DNA of 43,811 bases from contig NC_069005.1 of the NCBI RefSeq assembly GCF_001194135.2, forward strand, positions 3,530,699-3,574,509, read 5' to 3'. The position numbers and the translations under genes are program-made. This DNA comes from Octopus bimaculoides (taxonomy: Eukaryota). Positions 1 through 12,899 of this stretch are shown here, one piece after another; position 1 is the stretch's first letter; each line of letters opens with the position of its first letter. The notes beneath the pieces were generated by a model. It saw only the letters and a program-made list of their open reading frames with translations. It was not told where the DNA came from and made no database searches.

Positions 1-43
1 TGCATCAATTATATTGGTATCAGAAACTGAATGAATGCGTGTT

Positions 44-125
44 TATATATATATATATATTTGTGTGTATGTGTGCGTATGTGTATGTGTGCGTGTGCGC
101 GTGTATGTGCGTGTGTGTGTGTGTC
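44..125. repeat. Compound (TA)n/(TG)n microsatellite
   Basis: Direct reading; it explains ORFs 20..238 and 35..418. Confidence 0.95.
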
Positions 126-1127
126 TGCGCGTCTTTGTTTATGTGTATGCCTTCAGTTCCACATGCATGTGCAAACACAAAGCAGTATACAAAATGATAT
201 GCATTGAAGTGTTTTGTCAGCTGAACAGAATTTTCCACAAACCTTCAACTAATAAAATCACTCTCCTCCTTACTTTTGTTGCGAATTGCTGTGGAACTCT
301 CATTCTCCCTCTCTCTCTCACTCTCTTTCTCTCTCTCTCTCTCACACATACACACACACATACACACAAAGAAAGAAACAAAGAAGCGCACATGAAAATA
401 ACCCCCAACATGTACTAACACGCACTTAGTGCTTGTCATCATTTCGAAAGGTCACAAGGAGAAATTATTGGAACTTCTCGGTTTTCAAGTAAACGTAATT
501 ACATATTTCTCATATTAAATTTTATAGTGTCACTGTTTTCTGTACGACGAAATAAAATTCTATTGAATTCAATAAACGGGAGGATTCTTATTTTCGCTCT
601 TTCTGTTTAATTCTTTCTATTTTATCTCTGTTTTCGATTTGTTTTTCGTTAAATGCCATTCAACTAAATTTTAGTTTAACCTAGAAAAGTAATTGAAAAA
701 TATTAGGTTTACATTCATCTAAATTGCTGACAAAAACATATGACGCTGTTTATGAATTTCGGTACAAATTTTCTCTGTTTGTTGTCTCAAAATCTGAAGA
801 AATGTTATCTTTGCATTTTATTCGTCACCTTAGACTAATAACTGTAATTCAAGGAAAATTAATCATTAACAAATTTTCATTAAGAAAACTTGCGCAAGAT
901 GTTCATTACTGTATATAAAGGAAGTGTAGTATTATCGCTTATATTACGTGTATATCATTTCAAGAAAACAAAATTCATATTACTGACGTTATTCATATTC
1001 TAAATCAACACCCGCATTCACTAAATTCCATATATTCTAAAAGCAAAATTTTACGATGAAATATTTTTTGTGCCATCTCAAAACTTAGGTACAGCATGGC
1101 TACACAACACAATAGTAACTAGTATTA

Positions 1128-1144
1128 AACATACATACATACAT

Positions 1145-1226
<82 letters not shown>
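1128..1226. repeat. Compound (TACA)n-(CA)n-(TA)n microsatellite
   Basis: Direct reading. Confidence 0.95.
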
Positions 1227-1228
<2 letters not shown>

Positions 1229-1403
1229 CTACGTAAATAATATTTTTAATAAACAAACCCGAAAGGTTTTGCGGTTGGTTCCTTATGATATGTGGTTTTT
1301 GCCTAAAGAATATGTTTGAGTGTTCTCAACATATGAAACTATTAGTAGCGCTTTAGTACCAGTATTGTAATCTTTAAATAAAAAAATATATGCGTGTAGA
1401 ACT

Positions 1404-1530
1404 GCAGGCTTCTTTCACTCTTCATCTCCAAAACCCACTCACAAATATTTGTTGGGTCACGGGACTACGGCAAGGCATTCCTCCCCAAGTTACCACATAG
1501 TGAAACGGAACTCGGAGGTATGGGTGTCGT
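1404..1530 (-). mobile_element. SINE family A, decayed 5' half
   Basis: gcaggcttctttcac...aaaacccactcacaa...ccccaagttaccacatagtg is a degenerate reverse complement of the better copy at 23636-23780. Confidence 0.6.
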
Positions 1531-1824
1531 GTATGGGTTTGTGCGTGTATATGCGCGCCTGTGTTCACGGAATACTTTTCAGAGAGACACGCATTGATAT
1601 TTGCGTTGAATTGTCTAACCCGTGTACTTTTGTGTATGTAAGCATAGCCGTAAATAATATTTAATATAAACATTATTAAATGTTATGCATTTTTTTTTGT
1701 ATGCATCAATATGAAACGGACAAAAGATGACTACTCATGTGATTTATAACAAGCATCTATTCTGAATGGTTGACTGCCTTTCCTATTACAGCAGACTAAA
1801 TTGCTGTAATATTTGTAGATACGA

Positions 1825-1960
1825 AGGCGGTGATCGAACAAAAACTTTATCACGCTGGGCGCAATGCTTGGCGGTATTTCGTCTGTCTTTACGTTCTGAG
1901 TTCAAATTCTGCCGAAGTTGACTCTGCCTTTCGTCCTTTCGTGGTCGATAAATGAAGTAA
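1825..1960 (+). mobile_element. tRNA-derived SINE family B
   Basis: aggcggtga...gcggtatttcgtctgtctttacgttctgagttcaaattctgcc with a B-box-like GAGTTCAAATT; reverse complement of the copies at 16040-16140 and 43335-43444. Confidence 0.85.
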
Positions 1961-1964
1961 ATAT

Positions 1965-2280
1965 ATGCGTCCCATCCACTTGGCTCTAGGAAAGCATCTT
2001 CTAGAAAGTCCCAAACCGTCTAAAGACATGTGAGCAAATGTGGTAGTCACAAACGTAAAAAGAAGTTTGTATGTACGTTTTTGTGTTTGTCTGTATTAAC
2101 CCTCAACCACCGGTGTTGGTTTGTTTATGAGCAAGTAATCAAGTGCTCTGTAAAGAGAAAAAAACAAGCATAAGTCCCAGAGTCAAAATATAAATATTGG
2201 GATAAGTTTTCGACAAAAGATTTCAATTCAGCGCTCCAGCATGGCCATAGACCAATAACTGAAATAACGAAGAGATAAAA
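1965..2280 (+). mobile_element. SINE family A, decayed near-full-length copy
   Basis: Collinear degenerate blocks (gcatcttcta, gtggtag, aaagaag, cgctccagcatggcc, ataactgaaa) shared with 23636-23878 and 22935-23147. Confidence 0.6.
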
Positions 2281-2928
2281 CATTATATCAAAGTCAGGAT
2301 CTCTCTATATCTATTCATCTGTCTATATTAAAGCAGATTCCAGAAGCGATGCTTTATACATATTCGCTGAATATCTAAAAGTATATATGTTACAGCTATA
2401 TATTACAAATTATTTCGCTAACATATCCCAAATTGTATACACTCTATCTTCCGTTGTAAATATCTACATTCTTCACCTGGAAGATTATTACAAGACTTAA
2501 GATATTTTACGGCCTTGTCACTATTGTTAAAATCGTAGCATAACTATCGTATATTCTTCATTCGGTGATATTTCGTTGACTCAAAGATCTCAAATATGTA
2601 ATTCCCTGACAAACAGAACTTGCGGCATAATGATTGCATTTCCGTTGTAGAAAACGAATCTAGTCGACTTCTTCATCTATCCTGATGTAATGATAATGAT
2701 AATAGTTATTAAGATACTCTTCTCTGTGTAGTTACGTTTTATTCTCTGGATATACGAAAGTATAAATCAAAATATAATATATTTACGCTTGCGCAAAGTA
2801 TATATGACATCTGAAGTCCAGTGAATAAGTTTAATGGTACGAATAAAGCCTTCCATATCGAAATATCTGTTGTATGATATCGTAACGTACATGATTATTT
2901 AAATGAATTGCACATAAGTGCATACGTG

Positions 2929-3210
2929 TGTGTGTAGTAAGAAGCTTGCTTGTCAACAACATGGTTCTGTGTTCAGTACCACTGCGTGCCAACTTGTGTA
3001 AGTGTTTTCTGCTATATCCTCTGGCTGACCAAATCCCTGTCGGTAGATATGATGGACAGAAACTGAAAGAAGCCTGTCGTAAATACACATACACACACAC
3101 ACACGCACACACACACAAAGTGAGATTGGCGTACGTGTATCCACGTAAAACAGCGGTTCGGAGAAACGAATCGATGGAATAAGAACCAGCTCAAAGTAAT
3201 TAAGTACCCT
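2929..3210 (+). mobile_element. SINE family A with internal (CA)n tract
   Basis: gtagtaagaagcttgctt...catggttctgtgttcagtaccactgcgtg...aaactgaaagaagcctgtcgta matches 23640-23780; the 3' block cagcggttcgg...gatggaataag follows the microsatellite. Confidence 0.8.
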
Positions 3211-3343
3211 ATGTGCCGGTTTCGAGAATCCTTATTCAATGCATGAAAGAATTATTTCACGTGTTATCGAAATTTTAGAAAGAGAATTCATATCACAATA
3301 TCAAAACGTACATCTTTTTTTTCTGTCTATACAACTGTCACTT

Positions 3344-3345
<2 letters not shown>

Positions 3346-3406
<61 letters not shown>

Positions 3407-3453
3407 GTGTATCTATCGATCTGAGTATCTGTCAATCGAAGTGCCTACCTAAG

Positions 3454-3502
<49 letters not shown>

Positions 3503-3690
3503 ATCTATCTATCTATCTGTGTATCTACCTACCTGCAAACCTGCCTGCCTGCCTGCCTGCCTGCTTACCTACCTACCTATCTACCTACCTACCTACCTAC
3601 CTACCTACCTACCTCCCTACCTACATACCTCCCTACCTACATACCTACCTACCTACCTACCTATCTATCCATCTATTAATCTATCTATTC
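3346..3690. repeat. Tetranucleotide array grading (TATC)n to (TGCC)n to (TACC)n
   Basis: Direct reading; it produces the YLSI/YLPT ORFs. Confidence 0.95.
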
Positions 3691-4710
3691 TATCTTACTG
3701 GATTGTGTACATCCTCGAATATGAAGAAAATTATAATGCATCGGATCTATTCTTTCGTTCAATCGAACTTAAATTATTGATACAAAAAAAAAAAAGAAAA
3801 TCGATTACCCGATTCTGTGCAAGGGAAAGGTGTGTATATAATAAAAAACACAGGAATGAACACAAACATGAGCACACCTATATACAAGTATTCGAATAAG
3901 CTTCATCAATATTTATATATATATATATNNNNNNNNNNNNNNNNNNNNNNNNNNNNNNNNNNNNNNNNNNNNNNNNNNNNNNNNNNNNNNNNNNNNNNNN
4001 NNNNNNNNNNNNNNNNNNNNNNNNNNNNNNNNNNNNNNNNNNNNNNNNNNNNNNNNNNNNNNNNNNNNNNNNNNNNNNNNNNNNNNNNNNNNNNNNNNNN
4101 NNNNNNNNNNNNNNNNNNNNNNNNNNNNNNNNNNNNNNNNNNNNNNNNNNNNNNNNNNNNNNNNNNNNNNNNNNNNNNNNNNNNNNNNNNNNNNNNNNNN
4201 NNNNNNNNNNNNNNNNNNNNNNNNNNNNNNNNNNNNNNNNNNNNNNNNNNNNNNNNNNNNNNNNNNNNNNNNNNNNNNNNNNNNNNNNNNNNNNNNNNNN
4301 NNNNNNNNNNNNTATATATATATATATATCCTTTTATCTGAAATTAGTATCTTTATTCGTTTAACACGTATATACTTTTGCCATTGTATATGTCGTTATG
4401 TCAAACTATACATCAATATAAACGTAGTTGTGTGACTAAATCGAAGGTGGAACCCCTCTTTCACCAGAGTAATAAGTCAGATTGCAGTAAACACATAAGA
4501 AGTCAGTTTATTATCTCATTTCTATCAAATAATATTAATGTACGGCTAAGTCTCAAGAGATATCATTTTCTTTTTCATCTTCGGTGTATCAGAACACCGG
4601 CTGGCACCTCGTTGAATATGTCACTTTAGTTTGACACAGCGTACTTATAGTCAGACAGCTCGCACTAATGAAATGTTTAACAATGGTAAATAATGTGAGT
4701 GTGTGTGTGT

Positions 4711-4749
<39 letters not shown>

Positions 4750-4974
4750 AGCGAGTGTTTTACAAAGTCTGTTTATGCGTATTTGCGTGATTACCTGTAA
4801 AGGTAGAATCACTCAGCTGATTCCTGTAGAGATTAAGAATATGATTGCTTTTATTTTCACTTTCAAGACCCATCTGATTTCCCAACATTTTTCCATGATT
4901 TATAGAAAATGAATAGCGAAGCCAAATAAAATGAGATCAACAACAACAGATATAATAACCCTTTTTACATTATC

Positions 4975-5098
4975 CCAGCACTCTACTGGTACTTATTTTA
5001 TCGACCCAGACCATGGCAGAAGGGAAAGTCGACATCGGCGGAATTTGAACTGAGGACGTAAAGACCAAATGCTAACGACCCTACCAGCTCACTTCTTA
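4975..5098 (-). mobile_element. SINE family B with internal deletion
   Basis: ctggtacttattttatcgaccc...aaagtcgacatcggcggaatttgaactgaggacgtaaagac matches the other family B copies. Confidence 0.8.
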
Positions 5099-5099
5099 C

Positions 5100-5160
<61 letters not shown>

Positions 5161-5411
5161 CAGTTTTATTTTTATAACGTGCTTTCATTTCAATACCGAG
5201 CGCAGCACTGTGTGCCTTGGGTATATACTGTGGTTTGCTGTGGTGCTCTTATGTTTACTGTCTTGAAAGTGTTTTGCGTAGGATGTGTGCAGTGCCCAGT
5301 AGTGCAATTTTCTGTATGTTATATATATATTTGTAAGACCTGGTGTTTTTGTTACGTATTTGTCTGAATATTTTTTTATTATACCTAAGGCACGTACTAA
5401 GATAGGAATTG

Positions 5412-5449
<38 letters not shown>

Positions 5450-5451
5450 GT

Positions 5452-5494
<43 letters not shown>
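5098..5494. repeat. (TTA)n at 5098-5156 and (TTA)n(TAG)n at 5416-5494
   Basis: Direct reading; it produces the poly-L/poly-I ORFs. Confidence 0.9.
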
Positions 5495-5495
<1 letters not shown>

Positions 5496-7072
5496 TCTGT
5501 TTATATGCTTTATTCTGATAAAATAAGCTGCATCGACTAACCATCTTGGCTAAAATGTCGCCAGACGAATTTATCTCGGGAACAAGAACATTACCAGGGA
5601 TTCAGAATGGCATAATCGATACCGCGAGGAGCAAAATATATTGCTGTATTTATTAAGCTTCCGATAACTCCCTTATTTGAATACACGCAGAAGTTAATAT
5701 TATATTTAAACTCTCCAGTCTCAACAAATCATAAGCGATCAATCATTTCGGTTTTTCCTCTTCCTCTAAAACGTGTTGATGTAATAAATTAGCATAACGA
5801 TAATAATGCTCCCAAATTTTGGCCGAATGCCAATCGTAATATTAATAATAATTTTCTTGTTTATGAGGTTTATTATGTTAGCATCACAGAAAATATGTTT
5901 ATGATGTGAACGGCTTAGAAAAGACCTTGTAGTCGTTCATTGTTGAGAGGTAAAACTCGGTGTAAATGGAGTGAGCGTTTCACCGTTTAATAAATTCTTT
6001 GTTTTATCATTTGAGAAAGATTAATACTGCGTCATCAATTTAGTCTATGAAACGGAGATAAAACAAAAATTATCCTGCAAATGGCCCACTTATGAAGATC
6101 TAGTCACATGTTTACGTGTCAAGTTTCAAGACCATGCTTTAACATTCATTAAAAATTGAATTTGTCCGCAACATGCCACCCGTAAACACACAAACACATA
6201 CACACAGAGACACAAACATACGTAATGTTTGTGCATATATATATATTTATATATATATATATGTAAATGTATTAATCCCTCGACTATCGCGCGTGTTGCG
6301 TTCCAAACCCCTTCTCAGATTCACACATCTATTGCAGCTGTACTTCAGTAATTCTAAGTCCTGTAAAATACCTCAGAGGTGTAGGCCTCCCACCAGGCCT
6401 TTCACGACAACCTTAAATCTTGGAAATTTAGCGCTCACTCTCCGACCGACCCTCGTGCTCACAATATCGTTAATCCATCTCTTTAAATCAGCAAAATTTC
6501 TGATGACCCCCAAAGAGTTAAAATCATGAGCGAACCCTATTAGATTCGAAATTAGATCACGAAAGTCTGCGAAGCGCTTTATTGAATTCCTTATCGGTCA
6601 GACACGTGTGTATCTGTGTACGCGTGTGTGGTTGTGAGTGTATATGTATGTGTCTGCGTGTAGGTATATGCGTAAATTTAATAACCTGTTTATATATACA
6701 CAAACACTAGCAGATAAACATACAGATACGCACACAGACACACGCACACACATACACACACACACACGCACGCACACACACACATACACACACACACATA
6801 ATTATGAGGAAACAAGTGTGAGTGAAGCCAGTTAGGGAGAATGATGGTATAGTATTTAAAACTACTTGTAGGTTTTCTTTGTTTTTACGCCTATATCAAT
6901 TTTTATATAATTTTGTATATGTTACTCTGGTAACAAAAATTCATTATCTATTATATAGATTCCTTGCTACAAGATATCTTTATATTTAATTCATTTTTAT
7001 TGATATTAAAAAGAAATATACGTGTGCGCACGCGTATGTGTCGGTTCCTATATATCAATCTATCTAGCTATC

Positions 7073-7126
<54 letters not shown>

Positions 7127-7367
7127 NNNNNNNNNNNNNNNNNNNNNNNNNNNNNNNNNNNNNNNNNNNNNNNNNNNNNNNNNNNNNNNNNNNNNNNNNN
7201 NNNNNNNNNNNNNNNNNNNNNNNNNNNNNNNNNNNNNNNNNNNNNNNNNNNNNNNNNNNNNNNNNNNNNNNNNNNNNNNNNNNNNNNNNNNNNNNNNNNN
7301 NNNNNNNNNNNNNNNNNNNNNNNNNNNNNNNNNNNNNNNNNNNNNNNNNNNNNNNNNNNNNNNNNNN

Positions 7368-7440
<73 letters not shown>

Positions 7441-7583
7441 CTGTGTGTGTGTGTGTGTATGCATGTATATCTATATATATATGTATATATGTATATATGT
7501 ATATATATATATATATACACATTAATATATATATATATGCATATATATATATACATATATATACATACACACACACACACACG

Positions 7584-7620
<37 letters not shown>

Positions 7621-8135
7621 GATGAAATATCTTGAGACAATACTATCTGAAAGTAATTTTTCCTACGTTATTATTCAAGTTTCTGCTAATGTGTGTGTGT
7701 GTGTGGATATACACATATACATATATATTTGTGAATGTTATATATATATATATCACTTTCACGCATATATGTATATTGCTTATGGTAATGAAATAAAGAA
7801 AATTCTCAAATGTTTATTGTAAGATTGACCACATTTCTTGTTAACCTTTCGTATTGGTTTTCATCGCAGGCAACCAATGATGTTTTACTTGGCTTTAATC
7901 ATAGAATTTCCTGAAATCCAGCTGCCAATTTTCCTGTAGTCTGCTTGGTATCTAACTACTTAAAGGAAAAAAAATGTAACTTGACACAATAAATCTCGTT
8001 GTCTGAAGCCATCGCACGTTAAGAAATGACACACGACAATACCTGTCACTAAATGAGTTTCTCTATGAGGTTAGACATGATATTAGATGCATCCTGTTAA
8101 ATTATCCCCATAATCGACGTAGGCCTAACGACAGC

Positions 8136-8240
8136 CTTCCTAACGACAGGTTTTCGTGTTCAGTCCCTCGGCGTGCGACCATGGGGAAGTATCAATATAT
8201 TATAGCTTATGGGCCTATCAAAGGCTTGTGAATGGATATG
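8136..8240 (+). mobile_element. SINE family A, decayed 5' half
   Basis: gtgttcagtccc...ggggaagtatc...ttatagctta-tgggcctatcaaaggcttgtgaatggat is collinear with 23670-23750. Confidence 0.6.
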
Positions 8241-8256
8241 CTTCTTTCAGTTTGAG

Positions 8257-8257
<1 letters not shown>

Positions 8258-8306
<49 letters not shown>

Positions 8307-8311
8307 ACTAA

Positions 8312-8365
<54 letters not shown>

Positions 8366-8372
8366 CTCTCTC

Positions 8373-8409
<37 letters not shown>

Positions 8410-8410
8410 T
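8258..8410. repeat. (TATC)n then (TA)n microsatellite
   Basis: Direct reading. Confidence 0.95.
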
Positions 8411-8492
8411 AGAAATATTAGAAATATAATATAATATTTCTAAATCTCTCAGAGAGATTTAAACAGGCTTCTCTATCCAGCTGGCAAGCTAC

Positions 8493-8535
8493 TTCAGGCT
8501 GATGACGAGCAAAGACTGAGAAACATGTCCCTGAA
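8493..8535 (+). ncRNA. Minimal type I hammerhead ribozyme motif (Penelope-like/retrozyme type), stem II degenerate
   Basis: TTCAGG-CTGATGA-C-GAGCAAAGACTGA-GAA-ACATGT-C-CCTGAA. It has a 6-bp stem I (8493-8498/8530-8535), the CUGAUGA and GAAA cores, a palindromic helix III ACAUGU and a GUC cleavage triplet ending at 8529. Confidence 0.65.
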
Positions 8536-8695
8536 TGCTGGCTAGGCTGGGTGGAGGAGCTTGTCTCCCCCTCGCAGACTTAAGGACACAGTAATTGTGT
8601 CAAGGCCGACAGGAAGTGGTCCAGCTTCCTAGGGCTAAACGGCAGTAGCGTATTCCCTTATTGGGATTGTCACATTAAGTTGACAATATACTACA

Positions 8696-8741
<46 letters not shown>

Positions 8742-8944
8742 CGAGGTTTGAAACATACAAAAACACACGCACACACTAACTCACACGGGTGCTTACATAT
8801 ACACAGTTCATTAGCTCTTAAACCGATTCGGTTTTTCTAGTACTCTTACTGTCAGTATCATGAACGTTACATTGATTCTGCTAGTATAATTGTTGTTGAT
8901 AACATTATTGAGATAAAACGTTTGAATTTGTTTTTACTTACCGA

Positions 8945-9070
8945 GTTTCAGTTTCCGACCAAATCCACTCACAAGGCTTTGGTCAGCCCGACCAAAGAAG
9001 ACGCTTGGTGAAGGCACCAAGCAATGGCACTGAACCCAGAACCAAGTCGTTGGTAAGCAAAATTGCTAAC
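8945..9070 (-). mobile_element. SINE family A, 5' half
   Basis: tttcagtttccgaccaaatccactcacaaggctttggtcagccc...actgaacccagaacc...ggtaagcaa is a reverse complement of 23645-23770. Confidence 0.85.
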
Positions 9071-10081
9071 TCACCTAGCCGGACAAATTGACCTATTACT
9101 TATTCTATTACTATTGTTCCCAAGGCTTTGTAATTATTTTGCGCTACCTTGCCGATTTTATTTTCATTTCGTCTTGAATCCAATGTTATCTTCAGCAGCA
9201 ACGCTTCTGGTTCAGATTTTGATCCCGCTGCTCGGATTTCATTGGTGAGTTCAATCTCGTGTAGGAATAAATTGTGAAGAAATGCGTTGAATGTAAAAAT
9301 TGTTCGATGGAATATGTACAGAAGCATTTATCCGTAAATATATATTTGTGGGCTCATGATTAACAGTGTAAAAAGCGTTACAGTGTTTTATGTAACACAC
9401 ACACACAAAAGAAAGAAAATATTTAGTTAACTTACCCATTTGATGAATAGAGATCGATAATGAATGTATCGGGATCGATTTGAAAGAGTATACCTTTGAT
9501 GCCATTTCCCCAACTACATTGCAGTCGAACGACATTAACCATTAAAAGAGTAAATAAATAACAAATGGGAATAACAACCTAATTCCAAACATGCAATAAT
9601 GTCGTAAAAGGAACAAGAGAATATTTGAACTGGACAAATGGCAAATTATTGAAAAGATAGGAAGTAAATATATGAATTGACCGTCATGCAATTCTAGTAT
9701 ATAGGGGACGTTATTGCTGCGAATGAGATGAAAGTAAATGCCGCCATAGTGGAGTTTTAGAAAACAAAGTCGTTGAAATTGGTAGGGCAAGAAGAAGAGG
9801 CCATTGGTAAATTTTAATATTTTGATTACAGTTGCAGTCCAAAAGCACGGAGATAACTCACAATGTAAACAGATGTCTTTAACGGTTCATTGCTAACATA
9901 TCAATGTATAATCAGTGCGTCCATATGTTGTTACTATACAATTATTTGAGGCTTTTGTTAGAATGATATTTAAAACTTTATGATACACCGGTTTAATCGT
10001 TTGTGTTAATGTTACTGTTCCTCTCATTGCAAACTCAGCGTCAAAAGCGGTGAAGTGGCAGATATTTAGCACGAAGGACAA

Positions 10082-10250
10082 AGAAATGCTAAGCGGCACT
10101 TTTTCTGGGTCTTTAAGTATTGAGTTCAAATATTGCCAAGGTCACCCTTGCCTTACATGTATTCCGGTGTCGATAAATCCTGTCCATTTTAATCACTAGG
10201 GTTAATGTAATCGAGCTGCCTCTAAACCAACAATTTCAGGCTTGATACAT
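10082..10250 (+). mobile_element. SINE family B, decayed
   Basis: gaaatgctaagcggcac...tgagttcaaat...ttgcctt...gtcgataaat is collinear with 1850-1955. Confidence 0.7.
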
Positions 10251-11827
10251 TTTATAGAAAGAACTGCTATCTCAACATACTGTTATATAGCTACCTTCCA
10301 TCTAAAAATTATCTATAAGTCAGGGATGTGTAGGCAGGCAAGGTAGGCTGTGCCTAAAAGTTACCTTCTATGGCAAAATATGCACCTAATTCAATAAAAT
10401 TATGAAGGTTTTTCTGAATATTACGCAAACAATGAAAAATATTATATTTCTTTGTAGATTAAGTAGGCATAATCCGCACCTGCCTTTCAATATCAGTATT
10501 TAAGCTACGCATAGGGCTGCAGTAGTAAACGTGTTGTATAAACTTCTACAACACCGTTTGCTTTAAGTGTTATAAAGGTAACGATGTCGAGCGCTTGTGA
10601 TTCGCTTATTTCTTGAATGTTTTACTACATAAAAGTCAGCAACTGCCTACCCTGAGTAATTACTGAAGGCACGTGCCTACAAAAAATGCACACAAAAATC
10701 ATTATAACCTACCTCTGCAGTTTAAAATAAAAAGGAATTTCTTCAGAAATTCAAATGGAATACTAACAAAACATAAAACACGCATTCGTACTTTCATTCA
10801 TACTCCCACACGCACACACATGCACACATACCTCCACATGCAGCCATGCAAGAACGTATAGTCATTTGTGAATGTATTCCTCGCACTCTCAGTCCAAATT
10901 CCTGCCCGTTGGACACGTTGAAGGCAGCTACATCCATGATATCAGACTGAGATGAAACAATTGTGAATTCATGTAAAAAAAAAACGAAACTTTTTCTCCA
11001 TCATTCTCATTTAAAGTTATGTGTTTGTGAATGTGAGTGTCTGTGTGTTTGTGAGTGTATGTGTGTGTGTGTATGTGTGTGCAAGTGCATGAACAAATGA
11101 GAGAGGGAGAGGTGGGGGTGTTTCTGCTTACATATACGCCATAAAATACGCACATTTTCTCCGATACGGAGAACAACATTATTCCTTACATAACGTACAT
11201 TATTGCTAACCTCACGTGTTGTATATAGAAATATGTATTTCTACTACTACTTTACCAACGAGTTTCCTTAACAATATTATCAGTTCCAGGCTATTAAATC
11301 TACAATTTCAAAGAACTCACAAATTTTTTCAAACCCACACATGTATCCAGAAAAAATACCCACACGCGAAATAATATACATATATACAGAGACGTATATA
11401 TGTATTTTATGTATATACCTCTATATGTATATATCTCTATAAATATAATTATATATGATATATACGATTATATATAAAATGCATTGATACACACACACAA
11501 CTCACCCCACCACATATATGTATATGCACAAGTGTACATCAAATGCCTGCATGCGTATATATATATAAATTAATAAATAAACGTATATATATATGCATGT
11601 GTGTGAGTCTGTTTGTGAGTCTGTTTTAATATTTGTAAATTATAATATACTGAGAAAATTGTTCAAAACAACTTTGGAATTTCTAAAGATATTCATTCTA
11701 GTTTTACATACATAGATACACACGGGCGCTCGCGCACGCACAGAATCATATACATATACACATACACATGCACACACACAAACAGACACATATACATACT
11801 CATGTATGTCTGTATGTATGCAAGCAA

Positions 11828-11828
<1 letters not shown>

Positions 11829-11917
<89 letters not shown>
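11829..11917. repeat. Long pure (TA)n
   Basis: Direct reading; it sits in a CA/TG-rich zone spanning about 11700-12530. Confidence 0.95.
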
Positions 11918-11922
<5 letters not shown>

Positions 11923-12856
11923 CACACTGGTTCACACGCATAGACACACACACACACATAAACACACACACGCATATATACTCTCGCTTTTGTTGTCAGT
12001 CTGTGTGTGACAAAAACACTTGCCGGATATTGACGCTGCACATATTTTTTTAACAGCTTTTTGTTCAGAACGTATGAATGTAATATTGATATATCTAGCC
12101 CATTACCATATTGTGTACTCACACACACACATACACACACACACACACACACACATACACACACTCACACACATATACACACTCGCACACGCACACATAT
12201 GCGTGTGTGTATGTGCGTGTATGTATATAAACATTTCTATATATGCATATATATGTATACATATATAAGTATATACATATATTCGTGTGTGTCTAGATAG
12301 ATATATACACACATACACACACGCACACACACACACACACACACACTCATATATATATATATATATATATATACATAGATATATGCCTCTAGGGACAAGA
12401 GTACTAATGCAGGACCAGCTAAACAATACTATCAAAAACATTGGTTACATTGTATATGTGTGTGTGTGTGTCTGTGTGTGTGTGTTTGCGTGTGTGTTTT
12501 TGCGTGTGTGTGTGTCTGTGTCTGTGTGTGTACATCAGTTGTTTTCACCCTGCTTAGTTTTTTTTATCTCTTCATATATGAAGGGTGTTCATATTTTATA
12601 TAGGTTAGTAATATACGAATGCATAATGTATATTTGTTTGGGATGATGTTTATCCTCTTTTAATAAAATATTGATAACTGTTTTGCAAAGTAGAATACAT
12701 TTCTCAATTTACATGTAATATATTCGCTTCTGTTCTGCAATTGATATCAATACTATCTTTTCCGTTACGTATGCACTCACAGACATACCCATATATACGT
12801 GTTTATTAAAACCTCATTCATACTCATTGCTACACACAGACATGTAAAAAATAATG

Positions 12857-12899
<43 letters not shown>

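Noticed and set aside
5890-6185. Possible one-ended mariner-type MITE (minus-strand tacgggtgg... terminus) and hAT-like ends at 10330-10490
   Set aside because: I found no convincing partner terminal repeat or target-site duplication.
6340-6600. Unique tract open on both strands (plus ORF 6173..6529 and a minus frame of about 75 codons)
   Set aside because: No recognisable protein. The only good minus-strand donor (GAG|GTATTT) comes after a stop, and the nearby CTGATGA has no valid hammerhead stems.
10524-10562. Short hairpin agtaaacgtgttgta...tacaacaccgtttgct; also 33770-33789 and 16763-16794
   Set aside because: The stems are short enough to arise by chance or inside decayed repeats, and too short for a pre-miRNA call.
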